This document shows positions 27,803-37,895 of a stretch of 64,000 bases of DNA, piece after piece. The DNA comes from Candidatus Bathyarchaeia archaeon. GTDB taxonomy: Archaea > Thermoproteota > Bathyarchaeia > Bathyarchaeales > Bathycorpusculaceae. The notes beneath the pieces were generated by a model. It was not told the DNA's origin. It ran no database searches and saw only the letters and a list, made by a program, of their open reading frames with translations. The position numbers and the translations under genes are program-made. The stretch's first letter is position 1. Each line of letters opens with the position of its first letter. The DNA lies in the NCBI GenBank assembly GCA_050012755.1, contig JBEKGO010000001.1, positions 32,001-96,000 on the forward strand, given 5' to 3'.

Positions 27803-29410
27803 TTATCCTGTAAAGTTTAAAATGAAAATTCGCCTTGGGTTTGCGCCAAATGTGGCTTGATCTGATATTCCAGAAAAGTTGCCTGAATAATATATTTGCT
27901 CATAGACTTGATGCAGGTTAAGTGTTGTATTGAAGTACGGCACAGTAGCCCCATATTCGTACATGAAAACGAATTTTACATTATCCTGCCTGCATAAACC
28001 AATAAACTCAGTTAGGTTGAAGGTGGGCGTGTAAGTATCAACTGGCAACGCAGGGTACTGATAGGTCCTGATTTGGGGTGCGCCATCTGCCCAGAGGTAA
28101 AAGCTTACCATGTCTTGGCTAAAGTAGTTATAGGGGCATAGAAGGATTATCGACTGGTTTGATGGATCGTGTGCTAGTGCATAGCTTGTTGCCTGCCCGA
28201 TTTCGATGTTGATGTCATTTTGTTTGACATTATAATAGATGTCATAAATACTGTTAGCCATCGCTACAGACATGAATATAATCAACGAGGCAGCGGCAAC
28301 TTTAGCGGCTTTCTTCCTGTTTATCTTTACACTGTGCATCCAAGTATTGTGCAACTTATCGTAGACAAACAATACAAGAACTGAAGCGGAGATTGCCAAA
28401 GCTGGAAACAACGTTAAAACGTAGCGCCATTCCCGATTGGATATCAAAGTGAAAAACACAAAAACGCTAATGAACCAGACGAAAACAAACTTGTCTTCCC
28501 TCTTTCGTCGCCAAACAAACAAGCCTAAGCCAGTTAAACCTACAATATAGAGAAGAAGAGAAACGGGATGTACATCACTATATGGCCAAGTCATTTCTAT
28601 CAGGTAGAATATTGGGATTGGAAAGCGAACGCTGTAGAGTGACCTTCCAGGATTCCCCATCTGCAAAGCGTACATCCATTGGCTCCAGACGTACGAAGCA
28701 AGAACATGATAGACAATTAAAAGCCACGGAACAATCACTGCAAGCGCTGCAACGATTAAGATTGTAAACCTTGAAAACAACCGCTTAAGTTGACCCCACC
28801 CTAGAATCAACATGCTGACGACCATGACTGCAACGGCAGCAACGACTTGATACTTGGTTAAGAAACCAAATCCTAAAGCCAAACCGCTGAAAACTAACAT
28901 CCAATTTTTTCGGCTAATTAGCCAGCGGTAAAAGAAAAACAAGGACAACGTGAAAAAGAAAACAAGCATTATTTCAAGCAAAGCCAGGCGAGAGAGCCAA
29001 AAATAACCAGGCATGATTGCCAAAAGAACTGCTGAAATTAAGGCAGCTTTTCTCCCATACAGACTATAAGCTAATTCAAAAACTACCCAAAGGGAAAGGA
29101 TGCTAAAAACGGCAGAGACAAGTCTGGCCGAGAAAAGACTTGCGCCAAATAAATCGAAGGAAACTGTGGTGAAGACTGAATAGAGCGGAGGGTAGAACGA
29201 GTCACGTACAAAATTGTTGTATAAGCCATGTTTTAATTCCATTGCCCCTGTTAAGCGGGTGACTTCGTCCCAATTCATAGGCTGATTGGAGAGAAGCAGC
29301 AATAACACAACAAAATATATGAGCGCGAGAATCAGAAAGGCAACTCGCCACTTGTTTAAGGCTGCCTTCAGCTGAGCTAAAAGAGGTCTTGAATTAGATT
29401 TATCAATCAT
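27803..29410 (-). CDS. GT39/PMT-ArnT-like membrane glycosyltransferase
   Basis: NWDE, YPPLY, ARLVS, GFLTKY, WRY motifs; more than 10 TM segments. Confidence 0.85.
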   Translation of the reverse strand: MIDKSNSRPLLAQLKAALNKWRVAFLILALIYFVVLLLLLSNQPMNWDEVTRLTGAMELKHGLYNNFVRDSFYPPLYSVFTTVSFDLFGASLFSARLVSAVFSILSLWVVFELAYSLYGRKAALISAVLLAIMPGYFWLSRLALLEIMLVFFFTLSLFFFYRWLISRKNWMLVFSGLALGFGFLTKYQVVAAVAVMVVSMLILGWGQLKRLFSRFTILIVAALAVIVPWLLIVYHVLASYVWSQWMYALQMGNPGRSLYSVRFPIPIFYLIEMTWPYSDVHPVSLLLYIVGLTGLGLFVWRRKREDKFVFVWFISVFVFFTLISNREWRYVLTLFPALAISASVLVLFVYDKLHNTWMHSVKINRKKAAKVAAASLIIFMSVAMANSIYDIYYNVKQNDINIEIGQATSYALAHDPSNQSIILLCPYNYFSQDMVSFYLWADGAPQIRTYQYPALPVDTYTPTFNLTEFIGLCRQDNVKFVFMYEYGATVPYFNTTLNLHQVYEQIYYSGNFSGISDQATFGANPRRIFILNFTG

Positions 29411-29706
29411 TGTTCTCAGCGCTACAAAGCCTGTTTTCTCAAACTATGAAAAGCATTCGATATAAAATCTTCCTAATTGCAACATTTAAGAGCTCAATTG
29501 GCAAGTGAGAAACGCTAAAGTTCATATGAATAAATTACAGTCACACGAATAGAAGGGTTCCTCTCGCTTTCTTCCTTCTATTCTATGACAAGGGTAGCAT
29601 GAAAAGGTAACAGAGCTACAAGAAATAGCGTGTTGATTCGGCTCATCAGTGTAGACTGTTACCGCTATCCTATTAATGAAAATAATCAGGCATACTTTGA
29701 AAACCA

Positions 29707-29765
29707 CTATTTCTTTTTCTTGGTTTTTGCGTAAAATGTGACTTTCTTGTTCCCTTTTTAGGCAT
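29707..29765 (-). pseudogene. Frameshifted mini-gene MPKKG/NKKVTFYAKTKKKK, paralog of 29906-30046
   Basis: ATG at 29765; KKVTFYA appears in the -1 frame after A-AAG-GGA; TAG at 29707-29709. Confidence 0.45.
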
Positions 29766-29905
29766 TTTTTCCCCTTATTTCAATAAACCGTTTGGCTATA
29801 ATAGTTTTTAGCTTATTCTTTTTATGTTATTTGAAACAGCCGAAAATGTTATAGCTGAATCAAAAGAATTGATAAGATGAACCGAATTCAAAGAAGTGAT
29901 TTTAG

Positions 29906-30046
29906 GTGTCATACAAGAAAACTCCAAAACCGAAGGCTCGAAGAAAGAAAGTCTCTTTTTACGCTACCGTGAAAAAACCAAAACGAGTAAAAGTCACTTT
30001 TTACGCCCGAAGAAAAACAACCGCAACTAAGAAGAAAAGGAAGTAA
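29906..30046 (+). CDS. 46-aa highly basic protein with duplicated KV(S/T)FYA motif (not in ORF track)
   Basis: GTG start: MSYKKTPKPKARRKKVSFYATVKKPKRVKVTFYARRKTTATKKKRK*; ends 6 bp before the next gene. Confidence 0.6.
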   Translation: MSYKKTPKPKARRKKVSFYATVKKPKRVKVTFYARRKTTATKKKRK

Positions 30047-30052
30047 GCATAT

Positions 30053-30523
30053 TTGGGTAAGGTTAGCCAATACCACAGCAACATAGAAAAAGGCATCATT
30101 GCGTTTGGCAAGAAACGCAAACGGTTTAGTAAAATCTGTGGTAGCAATATACCAATTCACATAAATCATCCGACAAAGAAAATGTATCCGATTATCTATC
30201 GCCCAGATATTCAATTTGTTACCAAAGTTGGTAAGCGACTTATCTTTGAGGTTTTGGATAGTGAAATACGAGATTCTAACCTCATAATTGCTGATATACT
30301 GCAAGCTTGTTTGTCACCAAACACTTCAGATGTTATTTTCACCGTTCCAAAAGAAGAAGACCAAGACAAAGTAAGTGATTTATACCAAACAGTAACGGAT
30401 AATCTGATTAGCAAGGGAATCAGTAAGAAAGACTTGCCGAGATTCTACGTTTACTTCATATTAAGAAGTGAAGCCAAGACTCCTGAAAGTGTGACAGAAA
30501 TCTTTGTTGATTTGTTTCAATGA
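30053..30523 (+). CDS. Hypothetical protein, PD-(D/E)xK nuclease-like
   Basis: YRPDIQF...RLIFEVLDS resembles a PD...(D/E)x(K) core with the Lys replaced. Confidence 0.5.
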   Translation: MGKVSQYHSNIEKGIIAFGKKRKRFSKICGSNIPIHINHPTKKMYPIIYRPDIQFVTKVGKRLIFEVLDSEIRDSNLIIADILQACLSPNTSDVIFTVPKEEDQDKVSDLYQTVTDNLISKGISKKDLPRFYVYFILRSEAKTPESVTEIFVDLFQ

Positions 30524-30549
30524 GACAAGGGAATTAATCTACTGTTATC

Positions 30550-31077
30550 TCAAAACAAAGAGAAAGAACTATTCTTTTTTCTGTGTTTTTTCTTAGGTAC
30601 TGGTTTTGGTACATTCTTTAGTTCTTTGGAAATCTGCTCATTGGTAATTCTTTAGCCAAAGCGTTCACATACTGACGCTTAGTTGGAGCTATAATGGTAT
30701 CGCTCAAGAAACTTCTTCTACCTTACTCTTCAATTTGATGTTGTGATTCTTTGCGAGAAACTTGAGTTCTCTCATACTTAGTTTGGCAAGAGCTTTCTTT
30801 GAATCATCTTCAGGGGACTTTATGCCAAGTGCTCTTCTTGCTTGTTTCAGCGTTAGTGTTCTCATTGATTTATTGCAAAGCGAACAAAGCAAAATTGCAT
30901 TCTGTAGATTCAGTTTTCCACCCTTTGAATGTGCCAAATCATGACCTATTTCAAAATTGAAAGGATCAACTCTTTCGTTGCATAATCGGCAAATGCCTTT
31001 ATCTCTTATGAAAATCATTTTCTTCAAGGCTTGAGTTGGCTTGGGTCTTTTCTTTTCTTTTCTTCTTCAAAGAACAA
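30550..31077 (-). pseudogene. HNH endonuclease pseudogene (about 3 frameshifts)
   Basis: RDKGICRLC...EIGHDLAHSKGG...NAILLCSLCN HNH/Zn core. N-terminus MFFEEEKKRPK is restored by deleting one GAAAA unit; the tail continues in shifted frames (FLSDTIIAPTKRQYVNALAKE / NEQISKELKNVPKPVPKKK). Confidence 0.75.
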
Positions 31078-31164
31078 TTATGTCCCCATTTTTGAAATAG
31101 GTCTTTAAATTTAAATAATTTTGGTAGAGTTTGGTTTTTCAAATTACAAGTTTTCATTGATGAT

Positions 31165-31178
31165 AAGTCTTAAATCTG
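31165..31178 (+). promoter_or_regulatory. Copy 2 of AAGTCTTAAATCTG element
   Basis: Exact 14-mer repeat; ATG at 31197 opens a short interrupted ORF. Confidence 0.6.
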
Positions 31179-31355
31179 CACGGCGTTGAATAAACTATGT
31201 ATAATATTTTGACTTTTTGGCAATTTTAATCAGTTGATTAATTGGAATTTTTTGTCTTGTCTGTCCTTCGCAGTTCAACATGCTGAAAAATAGATTCATG
31301 ATTCATAAAGTATATTTTCTATTCTACAATTAACCAAATACAAAGAAAGTTAACT

Positions 31356-31739
31356 ATGCATTATAGGACTCTATTTGAAATGTTCACATGTGAATATTGT
31401 GGTCAAGAATACCGATTCGTGCACACTTGTTATGAGCAGCAACCTCAAAAAGTCAAAGACAGGTATGAAAAGCCCTTCAAACAAGCAACTGAAAAAAAAC
31501 TGAATATGGTTATAGTTGATGGTCTTTTAAGTCAAGCTGATAATTATGTTAGGTCAAGCCAAAAATACGGGTTCTCTTTGAAAGACACGATTACCACAAA
31601 TGGGGCATTCGGAATAGAATCAGCAAAATTCGTCTTTGAATTGACACCGAAAACAGAAGGCACTATTCGATATTGTCAATATTGTGGAACAGTTAGAGAT
31701 ATAAGCAAAACTCCACTTTGCCCTAAATGTGGTGCGTAA
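31356..31739 (+). CDS. Small protein with N- and C-terminal zinc ribbons
   Basis: CEYCG...HTC and CQYCG...CPKCGA. Confidence 0.7.
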   Translation: MHYRTLFEMFTCEYCGQEYRFVHTCYEQQPQKVKDRYEKPFKQATEKKLNMVIVDGLLSQADNYVRSSQKYGFSLKDTITTNGAFGIESAKFVFELTPKTEGTIRYCQYCGTVRDISKTPLCPKCGA

Positions 31740-31817
31740 TAGGTTTTCTTATTCTGGGTATTGTAGGTTTTCACCACACATAGGACACGTTAAAGGCAGT
31801 TTCTTTTGGATTGCACC

Positions 31818-32126
31818 TTACTCTTTGATACGGTAATATGCTATTCCTAAAATGATTAGGACAGCTATACATGAAACCGATACGATAATTCCAAGGATTC
31901 CAGCAATTACGGAAAGAACAATGCCACCAAAAATAAGGAAAGCAACAAGAGCTATAGCAACATACGCAATTGCATCTTTCTTCATCCTTATTCCATGATA
32001 CGTTTTCCAACAGTCTTTGTGGAAAGGTTTGCGTTCTGAACTAAAATAACCAGTTGAGACGTTCTTCATGATTAAATCTTCATCTCCAACTGCTTTCCCA
32101 CAATAGTAACACTTGACTTCGCTCAT
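31818..32126 (-). CDS. Zinc-finger (CxxC...HxxC) protein with two TM helices
   Basis: CYYCGK...FHKDCW followed by two hydrophobic helices. Confidence 0.75.
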   Translation of the reverse strand: MSEVKCYYCGKAVGDEDLIMKNVSTGYFSSERKPFHKDCWKTYHGIRMKKDAIAYVAIALVAFLIFGGIVLSVIAGILGIIVSVSCIAVLIILGIAYYRIKE

Positions 32127-32191
32127 TTTGATCGCTAAGGTTTTCTATGTATCCACTTTCAATATAAAATTTTGCAAGACCTCAAACGCAC

Positions 32192-32205
32192 AAGTCTTAA
32201 ATCTG
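32192..32205 (+). promoter_or_regulatory. Copy 3 of AAGTCTTAAATCTG element
   Basis: Exact 14-mer repeat upstream of ORF 32271-32630. Confidence 0.6.
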
Positions 32206-32270
32206 AAAAGCGCAGAAAATAGTATTCGAGTTGAATCAATCTGAGTATTGACTGGGTTCTTATTGCAACT

Positions 32271-32630
32271 GTGATAGGTTTTATTCCGCTTTATCTTGAC
32301 CTGATATGGAGAGCGAAGGAACGCAACAAAATTGAATTAAAGCTCTTACGATTTCCAGAACAGACTTTAGATTTTGATACTGTTTGGTACATACGAATTT
32401 TGCATCCAAGTAAACCTATTGAGCATTGCTCTGTCTCTTATAATGGTGTTAAACTTTCTTGGTCAGATATGGTTTTGGATCATTACGAAAAATATATTGA
32501 CGCCATGAGTGGAGATAATATACAATTGCCAAAGGGAATTCCAAAGGAAGACGCAATAGTTGTAGTTAGAGATGGTCAAAAAATTCTTCGAAAGAAGAGA
32601 TTTAGAGATATACCTATAGTTCCAACATGA
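32271..32630 (+). CDS. Hypothetical protein with N-terminal membrane anchor (true start probably near 32241)
   Basis: Frame extends upstream as (CTG)SIDWVLIATVIGFIPLYL. Confidence 0.65.
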   Translation: MIGFIPLYLDLIWRAKERNKIELKLLRFPEQTLDFDTVWYIRILHPSKPIEHCSVSYNGVKLSWSDMVLDHYEKYIDAMSGDNIQLPKGIPKEDAIVVVRDGQKILRKKRFRDIPIVPT

Positions 32631-32688
32631 ACATTGAGACGTATAATCTTAAATCTAAACAAAATAGAAATAGGGCTGAGGTGAAAAA

Positions 32689-32916
32689 ATGAGTATAGAT
32701 AGTGAGATTTTAAAACAATTAAAAACTAAAAAAATACGCGTAGAAACTAACAGAGAAATAATTAAGAAAGTAATTAAAGACAAATTTGGCTATGAATTGC
32801 CACTTGAAAAGAGTACATATCTTAAAACAAGTGATTCAGGTAGAGAAAATTTAGAACGTATGGTTAATGTTCTCTTTGAGGCATTAGCCGAAGCTGTAGA
32901 GGAAATACCTGTTTAG
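32689..32916 (+). CDS. Small hypothetical protein (75 aa)
   Basis: GAGGTGA SD before ATG; variant promoter repeat at 32644-32657. Confidence 0.7.
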   Translation: MSIDSEILKQLKTKKIRVETNREIIKKVIKDKFGYELPLEKSTYLKTSDSGRENLERMVNVLFEALAEAVEEIPV

Positions 32917-33112
32917 CTAAGTTTCCAGAGACATTAGAGCATAGAGCTTAAGTAAGAAAAGATTATAGTTTAGCTATCATAGTAAAGAAAGGGCATTGAA
33001 TTAGACGGATTGTGAAACATGAGAACAACCTATTTCAACAAAAAAGAATACCAATATCAAGAATCTCGCCATGCTAAAATGTTTCAGCGCCTTCTTTGCT
33101 CAGAGAGTTTAC

Positions 33113-34153
33113 ATGCCGTACAATGAATTAAGAAAAGATTATTTGCTGAACCGCTGGGTTGTAATCGCGACGGAAAGAAGTCGCAGACCCACCGATTTCG
33201 TCAAACAAAAAGCTGAAACTGCCCAGACAACAGTTTGCCCGATGTGCGTTGGCAACGAGCACTTAACGCCGCCAGCCACGATGCTTTATCTTAAAGAGAA
33301 CGATGGAATAAATGTGGCTCAGGACCCGCTGGTTGGCAAGCGCCCGACAAATTGGCTTATCCGTGTTATACCAAACCTTTACCCAGCCTTCAGCCCCCCA
33401 AAACAACCCGAAGATACAACACAAATTTTCAAGAGTGAATGCTTAGGAGATGCAATCGGGGGTCATGAAGTTATTGTAGAATCGCCTAATCATGATGAGG
33501 ACCCGGCTGACGCTGAACTGCCACAGCTGGAATTGGTCATCCATGCCTACATCGATAGGCTCAGAGAGTTAAGCGCAAAGCCTTATGTCAAATATGTTTC
33601 AATTTTTAGGAATTTTGGCAAAGAAGCTGGCGCCTCAATGTCTCACGCCCACAGTCAAGTAATCGCAACTCCTATGGTTCCCTCGCTTGTCCAAGATGAA
33701 ATGGATGCAAGCAAAGCATGCTACAGAGAGCACAGGCGATGTGTTTTCTGCAACATATTGGAAAAGGAATCGAAGGATTCAAGGCTTGTTTATGACAGCC
33801 CTGATTTCGTGGTGTTTGCTCCTTTTGCAAGCATTTGCCCGATGGAGTTTTGGATTGTACCTAGGAAACACGCTGCAAACATCCTTGACTTGGATGCGGC
33901 TGAAGTGTCTGCGTTCGCCAAAACTCTCAAATTGAGCCTCAAAGCGCTGAAAGACGTTGTCAACGACCCGCCCTACAACTACGGAATACACCTAGCCATC
34001 GATAAAGCAGCGGAAAACTACTACCATTGGCATTTAGAAGTTTATCCTAAATTGTCAATTTGGGCAGGCTTCGAACTCAACACAGGAATATACATTAATA
34101 CGGTCACACCTGAAACCGCTGCGGAAAGCATGCGAAAAACAATAACGCCCTAA
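33113..34153 (+). CDS. galT: Galactose-1-phosphate uridylyltransferase (GalT-like)
   Basis: ELRKD...WVVIATERSRRP, CPMC.GNE, PNLYPA, GASMSHAHSQ, YHWHLE. Confidence 0.92.
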   Translation: MPYNELRKDYLLNRWVVIATERSRRPTDFVKQKAETAQTTVCPMCVGNEHLTPPATMLYLKENDGINVAQDPLVGKRPTNWLIRVIPNLYPAFSPPKQPEDTTQIFKSECLGDAIGGHEVIVESPNHDEDPADAELPQLELVIHAYIDRLRELSAKPYVKYVSIFRNFGKEAGASMSHAHSQVIATPMVPSLVQDEMDASKACYREHRRCVFCNILEKESKDSRLVYDSPDFVVFAPFASICPMEFWIVPRKHAANILDLDAAEVSAFAKTLKLSLKALKDVVNDPPYNYGIHLAIDKAAENYYHWHLEVYPKLSIWAGFELNTGIYINTVTPETAAESMRKTITP

Positions 34154-36222
34154 ATTCCCAAAATCTCTTTTGCATGTAATGGTTTGACCATTAATACGTC
34201 TTCTACATAGGCTCGGAGGGGCTCGGATACGCTCCAAGCCTGCGAGATACAACCCCTCGGTGCGTTTGGCCTGTCGCAATCGTAAATTTCATTTATCGTT
34301 CCTAACCCGTCTTGATGAATTCCAACTGTAAAGAGGGGCAAAACTAGATTGTCTAAAGCATATTCCCGAGATTTAGCGTTGTAACCGTTCACTTTCAAGT
34401 GTGCTGAGACATAAGGTCCCAGTAGCCAAGGCCAAATTGTGCCGTTATGGTAAGCTTTATCTCGGCTTCGGCGGTTACCGAAACATTTGCCAGCAAATTT
34501 GGGATCATCTAAGGATAGGGTTCTCAAGCCGAAAGGCGTCAAAAGTTCACGGTTTGCCACTTTAACGACTTTTGCGCTTTTTTCTGGGTCAAGCATTATG
34601 TAATCCAGTGAAACGGCAAATATCTGGTTGGGTCGAAGTGATGCATCTGTTGCTTTGGCATCTAGGACATCAAATAGGCAGCCATCGTTGGGATTCCAGA
34701 ATTTTTCGTTGAAACTTTTGCTGGTTTTGTTTGCCATTGCACCGTATTTTTCAGCTAAGGAGGGATCACCAAGCTTGTTGGCTATTAGCTCCATGGTTCT
34801 CAGGGCGTTGTACCATAAGGCTTGGATTTCCACTGCTTTTCCAGTTCGAGGAGTAATTTCGTGACCGTCAACCGAAGCATCCATCCATGTAAGTTGAGAA
34901 CCATGCATTATTAAGCCGTCATCATCCAAGTGAATGCCAAATAATGTGCCCTTTTGGTGGTACTCTATTATTGATTGAAGGCTTTCCCAGAGTTTTTCTT
35001 TAACGAAAACAAAATCGCCCGTGTATTTCAGGTATTGGAGCACCGCATTAACATACCAGAAGGTGCCGTCAACTGTGTTATAAGCTGGCTCGCCAGTCTT
35101 GTCTGTAACAAAGTTAGGAATCAAGCCTCCTTTGCAATATTGAATGAAGTTCTGTAGTATGTTTTTTGCTTCGCCGAACCTTCCAATTACAAGCAACAAC
35201 CCCGGAAGTGAGACAAAGGTATCTCTTCCCCATGTTTCAAACCAGTGGTAGCCGGCAATGATTGATTTTTGTCCATCTGTGTTTTCAACAACAAAGGAGT
35301 CTGTGGCTAAGAGAATCCAGTTTAGCCAATCACTTATGGGTACCTTAGCGTGTAACCGATAAAAGTCATCTATGAGTTCATTCTGTCGATTCACTACTTC
35401 TGTAAAAACGTCAGCGCTAACAAATGTGTTTCCGAGAGAATATAAGAAATCCCTCGCTGTTTGGGTCTCACGATCAACGAAGGCAGTTATCGCAAACTGT
35501 TTCTCAGCTAGGGCTGGAAGCAGCAATTCAAAATATCCTGGCTGAAAACAATCATCTTTACTGCTTTCTTCCCGTTCTGCTTCATCACGGTAGAACAAAC
35601 GATCCACCCAGTTTAGTTTCTCTTTGAATTCGCCGTCAGATGTTTGGCAAATAAATGTGGCTTGTGGATTCTGGAAGATTATTTCAAACTCTTTATTTCC
35701 GCTTTTTTGCGTAAAATTCCGAGGGTTTTTTCGTCGATCAACCACATTGTGGAAGTATCTACAGGTTAAGAGGGGATAAATCCTAAATTCAATATTAAAA
35801 TTGTTCTGATTATTGACTTTGTAAATGGTCGAAACAACATTCTTGTTTTTTGGCATGAAAATGGTTTTTTCAATTTTGATGCTGCCGAGCTCATAAGAGT
35901 ATTTTGGATAAGGTGCGATTGAAAACTCCTTTATCAGCTTGTAACCTTGGGGGTAGATTACATCATGGAAATCGTTTGCGCCTAATCTGTAAATATCCTT
36001 GCCGACAATTACGTCTTCATCGAGTTTTGACAGGCAAACGGTGCGGTCGCCAGGTGGATTTAACGCAGCAACCAGTAAACCATGGTACTTCCGTGTGTTA
36101 ATACCCAAAACCGATGATGAAGCGTAACCGCCCAAGCCGTTGGTAATCAGCCATTCCCGTTCAATAACCTCGTCGAAACGTGAAAGCGCTTCATGAGTAA
36201 AGGTTATGGCGGGCAACTTCAT
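34150..36222 (-). CDS. Glycogen debranching enzyme (amylo-alpha-1,6-glucosidase, archaeal type)
   Basis: EWLITNGLGGYAS, AGYHWFETWGRDT, LTWMD, YHNGTIWPW, QAWS. Confidence 0.93.
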   Translation of the reverse strand: MKLPAITFTHEALSRFDEVIEREWLITNGLGGYASSSVLGINTRKYHGLLVAALNPPGDRTVCLSKLDEDVIVGKDIYRLGANDFHDVIYPQGYKLIKEFSIAPYPKYSYELGSIKIEKTIFMPKNKNVVSTIYKVNNQNNFNIEFRIYPLLTCRYFHNVVDRRKNPRNFTQKSGNKEFEIIFQNPQATFICQTSDGEFKEKLNWVDRLFYRDEAEREESSKDDCFQPGYFELLLPALAEKQFAITAFVDRETQTARDFLYSLGNTFVSADVFTEVVNRQNELIDDFYRLHAKVPISDWLNWILLATDSFVVENTDGQKSIIAGYHWFETWGRDTFVSLPGLLLVIGRFGEAKNILQNFIQYCKGGLIPNFVTDKTGEPAYNTVDGTFWYVNAVLQYLKYTGDFVFVKEKLWESLQSIIEYHQKGTLFGIHLDDDGLIMHGSQLTWMDASVDGHEITPRTGKAVEIQALWYNALRTMELIANKLGDPSLAEKYGAMANKTSKSFNEKFWNPNDGCLFDVLDAKATDASLRPNQIFAVSLDYIMLDPEKSAKVVKVANRELLTPFGLRTLSLDDPKFAGKCFGNRRSRDKAYHNGTIWPWLLGPYVSAHLKVNGYNAKSREYALDNLVLPLFTVGIHQDGLGTINEIYDCDRPNAPRGCISQAWSVSEPLRAYVEDVLMVKPLHAKEILGI

Positions 36223-37113
36223 TTATGGCATCAGCTTAGCTACGTTTTTGTCGCGTGGAACACAAAAATAATTTGCGACTGGGACACATTTTGTTCTAAA
36301 TAAAAGCAAATGTGGTTTTGTTAATTTGTATTCAGTGAGGGTTTCAGCGTATCCCATACCTTTAGCGAAAACAAGCTCCGCAGCTTCATAAACTTTTAAA
36401 AATTCAGGCGAAACTTCTTTTTTCTGTAAACCCACCGCGTCGGTTCCTGTTGTTATAACTTCGTCGGCTAATTTGTCCATGTTTGATTGCGGCACATCAT
36501 CCATGGTGGCATCGTTTATTACTGGCCCGCCTTTAACAACATAAATTACTTTTAGACCCATATTTTTCAGCTGTTCAACAAGTAAAGTGTCGAAAACGAT
36601 TTCTCCAGCATTATCCGCTAGAAAAAGAACACTATTTGCCTTCTTCGCTAACTCATAAGCCCTGTCAATATCATCAATAACTAAGTCTTTGGATGCTTCT
36701 CTGAAGCAACCTGCTAAATCGTTCAAAGTGAATTTGTGTCCTGGAATGTCAAACTCCATAATGTTTCCGACAATGGCGCATAGGCATGCTTTTTTGAATC
36801 GTTCCTGCTGGTTATTGCCTGCTTCCACCAGTTTTTTTGCGTGCGGGAGCATCTTGAGTGCTTTCTCGTTAGCCAATCTTTTAGTTCGCTGATAAGGGTC
36901 GTTGTTGCATGTTAGCTGTTTTATTATGTGGTCTCTTTTAGTGCCTAAATCCGCAGCGACTGAAGTAGATTTGAACTCTCGATTTAACAATTTAACTATT
37001 TCAGCTAGGCATCTGAAGCGTAATGCAGGGTTTGTTGTGGCTTGATATGTTGCGACCTGCCCCCTCGATAGTAAACATGATTCACATTCAGCTTCAACTT
37101 TCAAAGCATTCAC
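36223..37113 (-). CDS. DUF89/ARMT1-like metal-dependent phosphatase
   Basis: CESC, DPY, GN, LADNAGEIVFD, INDAT, KGMGYAE. Confidence 0.9.
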   Translation of the reverse strand: MNALKVEAECESCLLSRGQVATYQATTNPALRFRCLAEIVKLLNREFKSTSVAADLGTKRDHIIKQLTCNNDPYQRTKRLANEKALKMLPHAKKLVEAGNNQQERFKKACLCAIVGNIMEFDIPGHKFTLNDLAGCFREASKDLVIDDIDRAYELAKKANSVLFLADNAGEIVFDTLLVEQLKNMGLKVIYVVKGGPVINDATMDDVPQSNMDKLADEVITTGTDAVGLQKKEVSPEFLKVYEAAELVFAKGMGYAETLTEYKLTKPHLLLFRTKCVPVANYFCVPRDKNVAKLMP

Positions 37114-37118
37114 ACAAT

Positions 37119-37832
<714 letters not shown>

Positions 37833-37895
37833 TTACTAATATGATTTGCCTTAGAAAAATGTGATGAAGATATATTTTAAATAAAAATCAAAGAG

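Noticed and set aside
29420-33060. Integron cassette array or provirus
   Set aside because: No RYYYAAC...GTTRRRY attC hairpins, integrase or structural genes recognised, and ORFs are in mixed orientation.
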